DNA from: Eledone cirrhosa
Taxonomy: Eukaryota
Reading direction: 5' to 3'
DNA length: 64,000 nt
Assembly (NCBI GenBank): GCA_964016885.1
Contig: OZ024742.1
Span: 47,740,001 to 47,804,000, forward strand
The translations under genes and the position numbers were made by a program. Shown piece after piece: positions 15,340 through 28,820 of the stretch. The notes beneath the pieces were generated by a model. The model was not told where the DNA came from and made no database searches. It worked only from the letters and a program-made list of their open reading frames with translations. Position 1 is the first letter of the stretch, and each line of letters opens with the position of its first letter.

Positions 15340-16410
15340 TATATGGTTATTCTTTTAATTTCCAATTGATTTTTTATACACGTTTAAATGACGAGCGTGT
15401 ATTTCGTTATATTTTAAGATTATTTATAGAATAATTTGTAGAAATCTTATAACGAAACGGCCGTCTGGAAGGAAAGAGATATTTATTTAATAATGTCTCA
15501 TATAAAATAATACAACCAGTAATCCAAGAAATACTGATTAGTTAGCACCCCAAACACTAAATTGGGATAATACTTAAGTATATCCTAATGTTTGTTGAGT
15601 GAGATGGAGTTGGTCGGAGTATCGCTTAAGGCTTTCTCTGTTTATGTATTGAATATATACTCTTGGGGGCCTGATATGATTTCCAGATATAAGGTATGAC
15701 ACTCTTTATTATTATTATTTCTTATATGAAATACTGATTGATCTCCCTTGTATCCCATGTCTGATTTATCTTTCGAGAATGGCTATGTGTGTATATGGGT
15801 GATCCATACATGTATTTATTATGTTTTAATATCTCTGTGTGTGCATTGGTTGTGTATACATATGGTTATTCTTTTAATTTCCAATTGACTTCTTATACAC
15901 GTGGTTAATAACTAACATGTTTAAATGACCAGCGTGTATATTGTTTTATTTTAAGATGACCTCCCTTTACCCTTTTGGGGACAGCTTGTATTTTATCTTT
16001 GGGAGGACTGTTGGATTTTCTAATCTACCAGTCTCTTCTTAGCGCTGAGGGAGACCGTCACCATTCTATTAATGTCGATATAATTCTTATATCGATATTA
16101 TTTGGGCATCCACTAATGAGTTTATAATAGCCCGCTTGTGTATAAAACTACGGAATATACATAAGTTTCTACATAACCTGGAAATAATTTATCCAAAATT
16201 GTAGAAATCTTATAACGAAACGGCCGTCTGGAAGGAAAGAGATATCTATTTAATAATGTCTCATATAAAATAATACAACCAGCTATCCACGAAATACTTA
16301 TTAGTTAGCACCCCAAACACTAAATTGGGATAATACTTAAGTATATCCTAATGTTTGTTGAGTGAGATAGAGTTGGTCGGAGTATCGCTTAAGGCTTTCT
16401 CTGTTTATGT

Positions 16411-16412
<2 letters not shown>
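15340..16412 (+). mobile_element. Tandem-unit element (period 763 bp) with HHR-like motif at 16109-16232 (G5A)
   Basis: Direct repeat of about 215 bp (GAAA at 15454 and 16217). Motif reads TCCA-CTAATGA-GTTTATAA..TTATAAC-GAAA-CGGCCG-TC-TGGA. Confidence 0.7.
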
Positions 16413-16457
<45 letters not shown>

Positions 16458-16494
16458 TACAATAACATATTAAAGATTAAGCAAAGAATCGCTG

Positions 16495-16567
<73 letters not shown>

Positions 16568-17673
16568 GTGTGTGTGTGTATGTGTGTGAGGGATATATAT
16601 GTATATATACTATATGTATATTATAGTTATCTCTATGTAATCTCTACGGTACATCTATTACTGGCACATTCTACCTAGAGGTCTGGGCATGCTATGGTTG
16701 ATAATGTGCAAATATGCTACGTCATCTCCAGATGTTCCTAAATGCTGAAAAGTTGTTGTCACCGTTTGACAAACAGGTCTTTCCGCAGCTCATCTCTTTT
16801 ATTGATCTGCAGTTGTGTGGCCAGGCGCACATTGCCCTTTACCAGTCTGGCAATGCGGCGGTGGAATTTGTATTCTACAGCGACTAGTTGTGGGTAAATG
16901 CGCGGATATTCTCGGAAAGGTTTCTGGAGTCGACGAAATCGAACTGATCGGTCTGTTCCGGAAAGCCTTATCACCAGCGATAATGGGAATTTTCCAGAAA
17001 TCCTTAATTTGGTAGTGATACCGAGAAGCACTGCCGGTTCGAAATAATCTCTAAAGGCACGGAGGCGGTGTCAGGCGGACCTGTCCAATATATGTGCAGA
17101 GCGATAAAACCGTTCTGCATGCACCTTTCCAATATCCGTGGAGTTTTGTCGAACAGCTATCATCGCGTGTAGAACGGATCCGGCTAAAAACCGAATAAAT
17201 CATGAAGATTAATTCAGTTGGTCTGGAAGGCCAGTTAGTTTTGTTTGCCTGCTGACTGTAACGAAAGTGTTTGTATGGCACACGTGGCTGAAGTTACAGA
17301 AGTCAGACACTTCTCTGCGCCAAGCCGTCATCAACTTTTCAAGTTTCACTTGGAGAGGAAGATGAGGGTGGAAAGAGAGATTTTGACCCCCATTCCACAG
17401 TACATTTGTTAACATGTAGTTGAATTTTGTGAGAACTGCCTGTGGGAATATGTCTACTCTGACCATGCAATTTTAGCTTGGATAGTTTTAGCGTGCTGTT
17501 GGAATGTAAGGTGTCTTAGCATGTGTGTGTTCCTAAATTACACCTGGGAAATGCTTCCACATTGGGGAATTTTGTTATTGTAATAGTATTGCTTATTGTT
17601 TTCTTATTTTTACACGTTTTGTGTAAACCTCCACTGTCACTGGTTTGTATTGTACTACATATTTCCGACGTTA

Positions 17674-20257
17674 TCTTTATATATATAAAAGCGAGGATGT
17701 GTGTGTGTCTGTGTACAACTTGGCATGCATAAGGCTTTCACAATTACCAACTGAATTTGACGAAATTTTCTGTGCACGTTCTACAGGTCGATAAGATTGT
17801 GACATCACAAACCGACCCACGCTGAGCAATAAAAAATCGATATCAAAATTATCGATAGAAAAATTGATGTAAGGGAGATAACAAACTTTATTGACAATCC
17901 TTATAAAAAAGGGAGATAACATACTTTTCAATATAAACATCACATTCATTTGATTGACGAGATTTTGATGATGGTTTTACACAAAGGTATGTTTGAGGCG
18001 TGGATTGCTGGAAGATGGTTCGCAGTGGGATGCAACGATGGCGGAAGTTGCTCTTTCACATTCACCTGCCAGCCTAAGAAATTTATTTGCGGTACGTTTG
18101 CACTCGTGCAACTTATCTGATCCTCTGTCCTTGTGGATGAAATATAGGGATGAACTAACAGATGACTACAGACACCAAGCACAATTGCTGCTGCCAGAAA
18201 TAGAGGTCGGCTTTATTAAGGAATTATACAACAGAGCTCTTATTGATATTGAGGACACGTTAGCTCTGATTGGAGGAAAGGTTTTACGTTACTACGGTTT
18301 ACCAGAAACTCATCGCACAGAATCAAACAAGCTTCCCACAGATATCATACAGGAGACTTCTTATGACATCCATGATCTCGGCCTCTACGTCACAGATAAT
18401 GAGCCAAAACTTCTAGCTGATCAGCGACTGGATAATAACACCATTACTGAATTGGTATTTCAAAGAAGAGGTGGCATATTTTTCCTCGATGCTCCAGGGG
18501 GACCGGAAATACTTTCGTTACTATACTTTTTCTTGCAAAGGTTAGACAGAATAAGGACATAGCAATAGCAGTTGCTTCCTCTGGAATCGCAGCAACTTTG
18601 CTCCCTGGTGGAAGGACGGCACATTCAGTTTTTAAATTGCCCCTTGATTTGGCAAAATTGGAAACTCCTACTTGTTATATCACCAAAGACTCCGAAAGGG
18701 CTCATCTGCTGCGAAGGTATCACCTTATTGTTTGGGATGAGTGCACAATGGCGCACAAAGGTGCTCTTGAGGCACTAGCCATGTCTTTGCAAGACATACG
18801 TGTTTGCAGTGAACTTATGGGGGGTGTCACCCTTCTGCTATCAGGAGACTTCAGACAGACTCTCCCTATAATACCGAAAGCAACAAGAGCAGATGCGGTA
18901 AATGCATGCCTTAAATCTTCACCATTGTGGCGACAAGTGACATCATTAAGACTAACTACCAACATGCGTGCAAGGTTGCATGGGGACCCTCTGTCATCAA
19001 CATTTTCTGGAGACATTACTACAATGAGAGATGGTAACCTACCTCCGGATACAGATGGACACATAGCAATTGATCACATCTGCAATGTAGTTGAAACTGT
19101 CGATGATCTCAAGGCGAGTGTATTCCTGAACTTGCGTGATAACTATACGAATCTTCATTGGCTATGCGAAAGAGCCATACTTGCACCCAAAAATATCACG
19201 GTTAGCTGTATGAACGATTAGCTTCTTCAGCTTCTTCCTGGATGTCCACGGATATATAAATCTTTTGATACTGTATGTGATTCACAGGATGCGGTCAATT
19301 ATCCAGTTGAATTTCTAAATTCTTTAAATCCTCCTGGTTTACCTCCTAATACATTGGTTCTGAAAGAGGCAACACCAGTTATTTTGCTGAGAAATATCAC
19401 TCCTCCAAAACTATGCAATGGTACACGCCTTGTGATTAAAAAACTGTCTCCACTTACTATTGATGCTACCATTCTATCCGGATGTGGAAAAGGTGAGGAT
19501 GTGATAATAACAAAAATTAGCCTGACTACATCAAGCGTGGATACTCCCTTCTCCTTTCACCGAACCCAATTTCCCTTCCGTGTTGCCTTTGCGATGTCCA
19601 TAAACAAGCCGCAAGTTCAAACTCTGTCTGTAGCTGGAATTCACTTGGATGAACCTTGCTTTTCGCACGGACAATTCTACGTTGCCTGCTCACGAGTTGG
19701 CAGCAGAGATAAACTCTTTGCGTTTGTTCCGAAAAGAAAAAAACAAAGAACATCGTCTATCCTGAAGTGCTTTAGTGTTAACAAAAAGAGTTATTACAAC
19801 TCTGCTTTGACTTTACCTTACTCATTACAAAACATACAAATGAATATGACATGCAGGATATTTTGGATTATAAGTTAAAAATTTAACCATACACAGTAAA
19901 GGATGCTCTCAAAGAATAGATTTTCTCTTATTCTACTCTCATTGTTTTTTTGTTTGTACACACCTCTGCTTTCATTACAACTTTTTGTACTTTAGCAAAA
20001 CTGCCTGTTTTTTTTACAGATTTGCCACGTGTATTATCTTTAATCATTTGTATAAGGACGTCCTGTTCAGTGTTTTACTTCATTATCAGCATAGTTTTAT
20101 GTGTACAAATATTGCACTAATTATTCGTTTGCATTAATTATTGAAGACTTCTGCTTATTTTGACGGGTTGGGGAAAAATAATGTTCTTCTTTTACTTCCT
20201 AGCTGTATATTCTTAGCATAATTTCAAACCCCGAGCAACGCCGGGTAAATCCGCTAG
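17674..20257 (+). mobile_element. Internally deleted Helitron
   Basis: A|TC start, 3' hairpin CCCGAGCAACGCCGGG then CTAG|T. Carries the PIF1 helicase region, with no Rep domain visible. Confidence 0.85.
17975..19780 (+). pseudogene. Helitron PIF1-like SF1 helicase, frameshifted
   Basis: FFLDAPGG (motif I, frameshifted), LLPGGRTAHSVFKLP, IVWDECTM, LSGDFRQTLP, AILAPKN, LLRN..PPKLCNGTRL, QFP..AFAMSINK, FSHGQFYVACSRV, spread across three ORFs. Confidence 0.92.
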
Positions 20258-20513
20258 TGGCCAATAAAAAAATTATTAACACTATTATTATCTACAATCA
20301 GTTATTATTTGTAAAATACACAGGATTCCAGCACTGTCCTTTGGAATGCTACCACAATCATTGCCACTTTCAATTTATTGTTTCCACCATTATACTATCT
20401 TAATTTACAGTTTATTTTCTATTTAACTATTATATTTTACCTTGTATTTTTATAAGACATTGAATACCAGGCCCGTGGTTTACAAAGTAACAATTGCTGC
20501 TGCTGTTTGTTGT

Positions 20514-20980
20514 TGTAGCGGTTGACAACACGTAACATACGTGAATGATGGGCTGATAACTGCAGAGTGACCTAAGTGTCAACAAGCCATTAACGGAGAA
20601 GAGAATATGAAGCGGATGACAAGAAAATAGATTAGTGTAATAAGAACCACCTCTAATTATTGTACATGTAGTGCCCTAAATTTTGCAAACAAGAAAACAC
20701 ATCTCTAAGCAATTCAATAAGCTAGTTGAGGGGTGTCGAAACAAGTGCGAAACCTGCCAGCTGGTATCTCAGATAAGAACGTGCATTACTTATGTTTAAG
20801 AAAGTAAACAAACTGTCTTATGGGATCGTATTTGAGTAGTACGTAGCCGATGCTATCGAAACAAGTGCAACAGTGATTCTTTAATAAATAGAATATAGTG
20901 CAATACAAACGTTCTATTATCTAATTTATTATTATACCGACACTGTGGTGTATACACTGTGCTACGTGGTAACAGAGCGG
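20514..20980 (+). mobile_element. Probable LTR (about 453 bp) followed by a primer-binding site
   Basis: TGTAGC...GCTAC(G) inverted termini, internal AATAAA, immediately followed by TGGTAACAGAGCGG. No internal coding region follows. Confidence 0.5.
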
Positions 20981-21078
20981 TGAAATTCTATTACGACGAA
21001 CACTCAATACTGCTTTCACAAGTGATTATTAATCTGTATTTAAAATCTAATAGCTAATTCGTTAACAAGGCTTTACCA

Positions 21079-21175
<97 letters not shown>

Positions 21176-21222
21176 GTGACGAAACATAAATCAATTGCAT
21201 GAACTCACAATCCTTTATTTAC

Positions 21223-21274
21223 TGCTATATATATTTCGATGATAGCCATTGAATGGCTATGACCTCATCAGGCA
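21223..21274 (-). ncRNA. Type I hammerhead motif inside a (TA)n-flanked insert of about 165 bp (21176-21340)
   Basis: TGC-CTGATGA-GGTcATAGCCAT tca ATGGCTATcATC-GAAA-TATATA-TA-GCA. Confidence 0.75.
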
Positions 21275-21335
21275 TTTACTCAGTTCTTAGATATGCCAGC
21301 TCTGTGCTTATGGTGTTGATGTTATCAGACCCTTG

Positions 21336-21425
<90 letters not shown>

Positions 21426-22017
21426 ATATATATATAAATTCCGTATTAAACACATTATCAATTATCTAGAAAATACACATTAAATTTGGGATTACTTCCC
21501 AGGCGAATTCATACATATTTCTGTATAGATTACTGGATAACAAAAGTGGATAAAACTGATATTGTACAATATAATGAAGTTGTTGAAGATAATAATGAAC
21601 AACAACTGAAATAGCGCCCCCCCCCCCTCCCCAATACATCCAGGGACCAGAGTCCCACCAATCGTTCCGAGTATTACGCTATACCGAAGAAAATAGAAAT
21701 TTAAATTTTTCCAAGCACTCAATAATGTTAGACAGACCCAGGCGTCCGGAACTTAGTTAGCAGGGTCTCCACCGCCAGTAGGTGTCGTAACGTATGCCAT
21801 ACATTGCTAGTTATCCATACTAGTGAAGTTAATGATAAAGTCGAAAAGAATCTAAACTGAAGCAACGCAGGATTTAATGAGAAAAGAAAACCTATACACA
21901 ATACCTAGCTCTCACCAGGTTCCATGCGCCGCTCAGTCTTAGATTCATATCGGATGTAATCCAAAGTTATACCATCATAAACATAGGTGAGATATATGCA
22001 TTTAATCCAGGCTATCA

Positions 22018-23543
22018 TCTATCTAAATATATAAAACAGAGGATGTCTGTCTGTCCGTCTGTATGTGTGCGTGTCTGTCTGTGTAAATCCCTAAAACTTG
22101 AGATGTACCCGACCGATCTTTTTCAAACTGTTCACATGCGTTACTTATATTTCTTAAAGTAGAATGAGCGAAAAGATGTTGACTTTCACATTAGGCGAAA
22201 AACCGCCATTTTTAGGCACTTTTAGGGTCTTTTGTGGCGTAAGTTAAAGATAATCCAGCCCATTTCCTCGAAATTTGCAGCACACAATAGATAGACCCCT
22301 CGCAATCTTGTGGGCAAAAGAATTTCCGATTCCATTAATGGTTTCTAGGAAGTTCATGAATTAGCATTGTGCATTACATGCCATTTTCATTTTAAATATA
22401 AACGCTACTTAAACATCGTAAGTAGTGAATAATATTTCGTTAAAAATTTGGTTTATTTAACAGAGGGCACAACAATTACTTACTTTTAAGCAGGACCATT
22501 TTCCGGGGATGAAGCGAATAAGGAGGACCTTAACATTTTTTGTCGGCGCCCTGTAGTCGCTTCGTTCTTTCATCACGCGCAAATCCGGGCCCTGTGTACG
22601 TTGCCGCATTATTGACACCGTAAATGCCACGTCTCTGCTGCTTCTAATAAGACCCCGTTTGTTGCATCTACACCGCAGTATGAACGCCCTGCGCAAGTGC
22701 GCCGAACAGCGGTTGAGCTAATTCCGTGGTGACCCCTTTTCTCTTACCTTTGTTGCTGTGTAAACGCAGTGCAACCAGTGTCACCCAGCGTTTCTGCTAA
22801 TTGCACTATGACCCACCCTTCTGCTGCAGCTGCGTTGCGACGCTGATTTCGTCATCTCAATATCACGATTTAAACGTAGATCCCTACTTGGTTTTCACAC
22901 AATTGACTACGTCGCTCCTTCAGACTGACGTGTGGTCCCCATCCGTGACGTAATTCGTGAACAGACTTACGCCCCACAACACTTACTTACTCCTTTCGCA
23001 TACAGGATTTCTGCAATCAGCCCACTGACACTGATACTACTGGGATAGCTGCTCGAGATCAATCCTCCACTCATTCCACAGAAAGTTAGTACGTACACTA
23101 TACTATTTTCACCAGTCTTAAGCAATTGCATTTACTACGAGGCCTTTCAATAGCCAAGCACTTCCTTTCCGTCCACTTTTAGTTTTCGTGGCGTTGTATA
23201 CCTTGTGTAGCATTAATTCTACCTACTTTGCCAGTTACAGTAGATGACTGGGTGCGAATCTATAAAACTAGAAAACTACCTAACCGATTTTCTCCAAATG
23301 GAAGAAAAATGATACTCTTAAATTTAGTACGCTTAATGAATATCAAGCTGATTTCCTTCAGATTTTGCACATGCATACAGATGTTTCGCTATTCGGGCCT
23401 GGTGTTCTACGTTTCCAATAGATGAACAATCATACCCTGAGTATAACGGAATTCAAAAATTACACAGCTATATTCCTTAATCTTTGCATATGCGTGTTGT
23501 TATCACGTTTCCTACCCCGTGCAACGCCAGGTCCTGCTGCTAG
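22018..23543 (+). mobile_element. Non-autonomous Helitron
   Basis: A|TC..TATATAAAA..GAGGATGT.TGT start and ACCCCGTGCAACGCCAGGT..GCTAG|T end, both similar to the 17674-20257 element. Confidence 0.75.
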
Positions 23544-23750
23544 TTATAATGGAAAAATACTATCGCATGTTATATAGCGAGTGTATCCCAAGGGAGTGTT
23601 TACCATCAATCATTTTGTATACAACTATTATACAGTTTACACCTGCATATGGCACAAGTTTCTTACGCAGTCTGGCTACTGAAATAGTGTTTGCAGAAAT
23701 AAATAATTATGGGAATACAACCTGTCAGTCCTCCTGTCATTTAGTATTTA

Positions 23751-23870
<120 letters not shown>

Positions 23871-23894
23871 ATATATATATACATATATATATAA

Positions 23895-24635
<741 letters not shown>

Positions 24636-24699
24636 CACACACACTCACACAAACACACACACACATACACATACACATACACACACGCGCATATATCTA

Positions 24700-25027
24700 T
24701 ATTAGAAAGTAAGTTTTTTTACGAAATGAAAAATAACCGAGGTGTCCTACACGAGTGGATGTATAAAGAAAAAAAAATGAAATCGAAAATGCAACTGGAG
24801 TCTTATTTAAAAAAAATATATATATTTTTATTTTGTTCCTTTACCGGTTTCGCAGTTCTTCAGCTTTTAAAAAGTAGTGTTGAGATGGAGGGTCTGTGGT
24901 TTTCCACAGACCCTCCATCTCAACACTACTTTTTAAAAGCTGAAGAACTGCGAAACCGGTAAAGGAACAAAATAAAAATATATATTTTTTTAAAAATAAG
25001 ACTCCAGTTGCATTTTCGATTTCATCT

Positions 25028-25030
<3 letters not shown>
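24700..25030. mobile_element. Family G fold-back (arms 24777-24899 / 24904-25025, TTTT loop) with minimal HHR-like motif
   Basis: Near-perfect arms of about 122 bp carrying CTGAAGAACTGCGAAACCGGTA; homolog at 56770-56830. Confidence 0.8.
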
Positions 25031-25080
<50 letters not shown>

Positions 25081-25159
25081 CTATCCTGGAGCTTCCAACA
25101 GAAATGGTCGCATTCTTTAAGGGTATGTAAATATTTATTTATAAAATTGATCTATATTA

Positions 25160-25224
25160 TATTTTATCTGATGAGGGCACACCATAATCTAACTTGGTGT
25201 CCTTGAAATATGTATAATGAAATA
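25160..25224 (+). ncRNA. Type I hammerhead motif in a solo pLTR-like insert (25080-25268)
   Basis: ATTTTAT-CTGATGA-GGGcACACCA..TGGTGTCCTT-GAAA-TAtgTA-TA-ATGAAAT. Flanks are homologous to 56410-56555. Confidence 0.8.
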
Positions 25225-25265
25225 AATATGGTCTTACAAATATAGTTTCCATTTGTTAATATATC

Positions 25266-25320
<55 letters not shown>

Positions 25321-25327
<7 letters not shown>

Positions 25328-26237
25328 AAATGCTCTGAAATAGCGATATATATGTGAAGATAGACATAGAATATTCGAAAATATTCTGTATGTTTATAAT
25401 AAACATGTTGAAGACCTAATCGCTATAGAATAGAATACGTCACGTATTACAATTAGATTCTCGATAAAAGCAAGGGAAGTAACCTACGCGTTTCATTCTT
25501 ATTAGAAATCTTCAGGATTACATATCCAGTGCTTTTATCGAGAATGACACAGCTAGAGACTTATAGAATACTTAGCTGTGTACAGGAACTGGTTTGAAAG
25601 AGCGGTTGCCGGTCCGGCAGAAATTAGAAATTGGATTAAATGCTCTGAAATAGCGATATATATGTGAAGATAGACATAGAATATTCGAAAATATTCTGTA
25701 TGTTTATAATAAACATTTTGAAGACCTAATCGCTATAGAATAGAATACGTCACGTATTACAATTAGATTCTCGATAAAAGCAAGGGAAGTAACCTACGCG
25801 TTTCATTCTTATTAGAAATCTTCAGGATTACATATCCAGTGCTTTTATCGAGAATGACACAGCTAGAGACTTATAGAATACTTAGCTGTGTACAGGAACT
25901 GGTTTGAAAGAGCGGTTGCCGGTCCGGCAGAAATTAGAAATTGGATTAAATGCTCTGAAATAGCGATATATATGTGAAGATAGACATAGAATATTCTTTC
26001 AAACCAGTTCCTGTACACAGCTAAGTATTCTATAAGTCTCTAGCTGTGTCATTCTCGATAAAAGCACTGGATATGTAATCCTGAAGATTTCTAATAAGAA
26101 TGAAACGCGTAGGTTACTTCCCTTGCTTTTATCGAGAATCTAATTGTAATACGTGACGTATTCTATTCTATAGCGATTAGGTCTTCAACATGTTTATTAT
26201 AAACATACAGAATATTTTCGAATATTCTATGTCTATC

Positions 26238-26242
<5 letters not shown>
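25321..26242. mobile_element. Retrozyme-like element: about 2.2 tandem 310-bp units plus inverted 245-bp copy, with three HHR motifs
   Basis: TTGGATTAAATG at 25321, 25631 and 25941; inversion from about 25997. HHR GTAATC-CTGAAGA-tTTCT aata AGAAt-GAAA-CGCG-TA-GGTTAC at 26075-26117(+), 25479-25521(-) and 25789-25831(-). Confidence 0.88.
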
Positions 26243-26284
<42 letters not shown>

Positions 26285-26291
<7 letters not shown>

Positions 26292-27066
26292 ATTATAAAA
26301 AGGAATAATAGATACAATATACCTATTTTTTTCCTTTGTCCCGACTGTACAGTTTCGCTGGTCACTATGCAAGAATGTTATATCATAGATATGTAACATT
26401 TTTGTGAGGTAAGCCAGCTTATCAAGGGAGCACCTCGGGGAAGAGCCCTAACTACATACGTCCGTAGCATGCGAGAAAATCTCAGAAAGGCGGAGGGAGA
26501 CTCTATCACGTGATACATCGGTCAAGAAAGGGGATTGATCCCTTGTAGCAGTGAAAATATTTCAGAAGGCGGAGGGAGATATTGATATGTTACATAGGCT
26601 ACAGAGGGGTGGTAAGGTTGACTAGAAGTGTATATAGTGTTTGCTTGAAAGCAGTCACTATACTTCCGTGGTTACTCTACCGTGAGGGAGTTAGAGACAA
26701 TAATGAGAGGTATACAAATATATGTGTATACATACATATACATGTATATATAAACATATATTTTTCACAAGTATGTGAGATTGTATGTTGTCGACCTTAA
26801 CCAGTGTTACTCTATGATTATGAGAGACAAAATAATCGAAATAATTAAATTGACACAATATCAGAGTTATGTAAAATAATATAAAAAGGAATAATAGATA
26901 CAATATACCTATTTTTTCCTTTGTCCCGACTTTACAGTTTCGCTGGTCACTATGCAAGAATGTTATATCATAGATATGTAACATTGTTGTGAGGTAAGCC
27001 AGCTTATCAAGGGAGCACCTCAGAGAAGATCCCTAACTACATACGTCCGTAGCATGCAAGAAAATG
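26285..27066 (-). mobile_element. Tandem-unit element (period 585 bp) with two U3-A8 variant hammerheads (26339-26429, 26924-27014)
   Basis: Direct repeat of about 190 bp. Motif reads TCCC-TTGATAA-GCTGG..CCAGC-GAAA-CTGTACAG-TC-GGGA. Confidence 0.82.
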
Positions 27067-27078
27067 TATATGAAAGTG

Positions 27079-27110
<32 letters not shown>

Positions 27111-27134
27111 TATATATATATAAAATTATATATG

Positions 27135-27560
27135 TAGGAGGTGAGTTTTATTGTAGTACAATAAAGCAATGCAGATATCGGATAAGAAGCACTCTACAGT
27201 TTGTAGGACTGGAGTATACATAATATGTAAGATCAAAAGATGGTTAAAGGAGTTCCATGTATTTTATTATGCGCATTTCAAAAACAAACATCATCATGCA
27301 ATAATATTTGTGTTTTCATCAGATAAAACAGGAGGACATGATATGAAGGCTAAAAACCACTTGTGGATAGTGCAGTTTTAAATCAACATATCATGATATG
27401 TTGATTTAAAACTGCACTATCCACAAGTGTTTTTTAGCCTTCATATCATGTCCTCCTGTTTTATCTGATGAAAACACAAATATTATTGCATGATGATGTT
27501 TGTTTTTGAAATGCGCATAATAAAATACATGGAACTCCTTTAACCATCTTTTGATCTGAT
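27135..27560. mobile_element. Loopless palindrome (27230-27557, centre 27393/27394) with mirrored HHR motifs
   Basis: Plus-strand 27457-27527 reads TGTTTTAT-CTGATGA-AAAC..GTTTGTTTTT-GAAA-TGCGCA-TA-ATAAAATA; mirror copy at 27260-27330. Confidence 0.85.
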
Positions 27561-27587
27561 ATATAAAATTATATATATATATATATA

Positions 27588-27752
27588 AACCACGTAGAGC
27601 AGATGTTTAATGCATGTAGAGGTTAAAGTTTAAGCAAAGAATCGCTGCTTACACCCTTTTATCGGATGTTCTGAAAGTGAAACTCAGTTTTAGATGATCC
27701 CGTAAAAGGGTAAAAGCAAGGTTTTTTGCTTAAACTTTAATCTGTACATGTA
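27588..27752. mobile_element. Family C fold-back copy
   Basis: Imperfect arms 27614-27750 (TTAAAGTTTAAGCAAA / TTTGCTTAAACTTTAA). Confidence 0.7.
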
Positions 27753-27759
27753 ATATATC

Positions 27760-27791
<32 letters not shown>

Positions 27792-28292
27792 TGTCTGTGT
27801 TTGTGTGTGTGTGTGTGCGTGCGTGTGTGTATATATATATCTATAGGGGGTGGGGTTATGCGTGTTTGTTTATGTGTCTGTATGTATATGTGAGTGACTG
27901 AGAGTGATGTGTGTATAATAGGTACGGAGTTCGATATGTTGCTGCAGTTGTTGGCCGCTTTACCTTCAATAGGGGTAACTTATTCATTCTTCTAAACTAT
28001 TGTTTAGAGCAATCGACTGTGGCCACAATCTTTCTCTGCCTTTGGGATTGATACGTCTTCTAAAACTTCATATATGTATTATTTTACACTTATCGATAGC
28101 GATACAAACATTTCTTCTGTCATATATCAAAATGGAATCGATAAAGCTATATTAAACTGAAAAGAAAACAACCATGATAAAATATATTCTTAATGAATGA
28201 GTGGAATAAATGAATTGGTTCAGGAACGAAATATAGATTGCATTAAAACAAGGTGTTGTGATCCACTTGTACACTTCCTTATGTTTTTCTCC

Positions 28293-28347
<55 letters not shown>

Positions 28348-28396
28348 GTAAATAAATCTATATGCATATATTTATATATACAAACACACACACGCA

Positions 28397-28534
<138 letters not shown>

Positions 28535-28757
28535 ATATTGTTTGCGTATGTGGGAACTGGGATATGTGTATATAACTTATGCATGCATATACGGTTATAA
28601 TTATACAAACCCATTCATATGTGCAAACTCCTTTAATCACCGTATATGAGTCTACCTGGAAATTAGTGTTCCCCTATATTCCACACTAAAAACTACACCC
28701 ACCCACACACGCACGCACACACATACACACACGCGCACACACACACATACACACACA

Positions 28758-28820
<63 letters not shown>

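Noticed and set aside
17993-19878. Host PIF1 gene
   Set aside because: Intronless, frameshifted in Walker A, contains an internal stop, and is bounded by Helitron termini.
25321-25996. Regular repeats as a CRISPR array
   Set aside because: Contiguous 310-bp units with no unique spacers, no cas genes, and a eukaryotic context.
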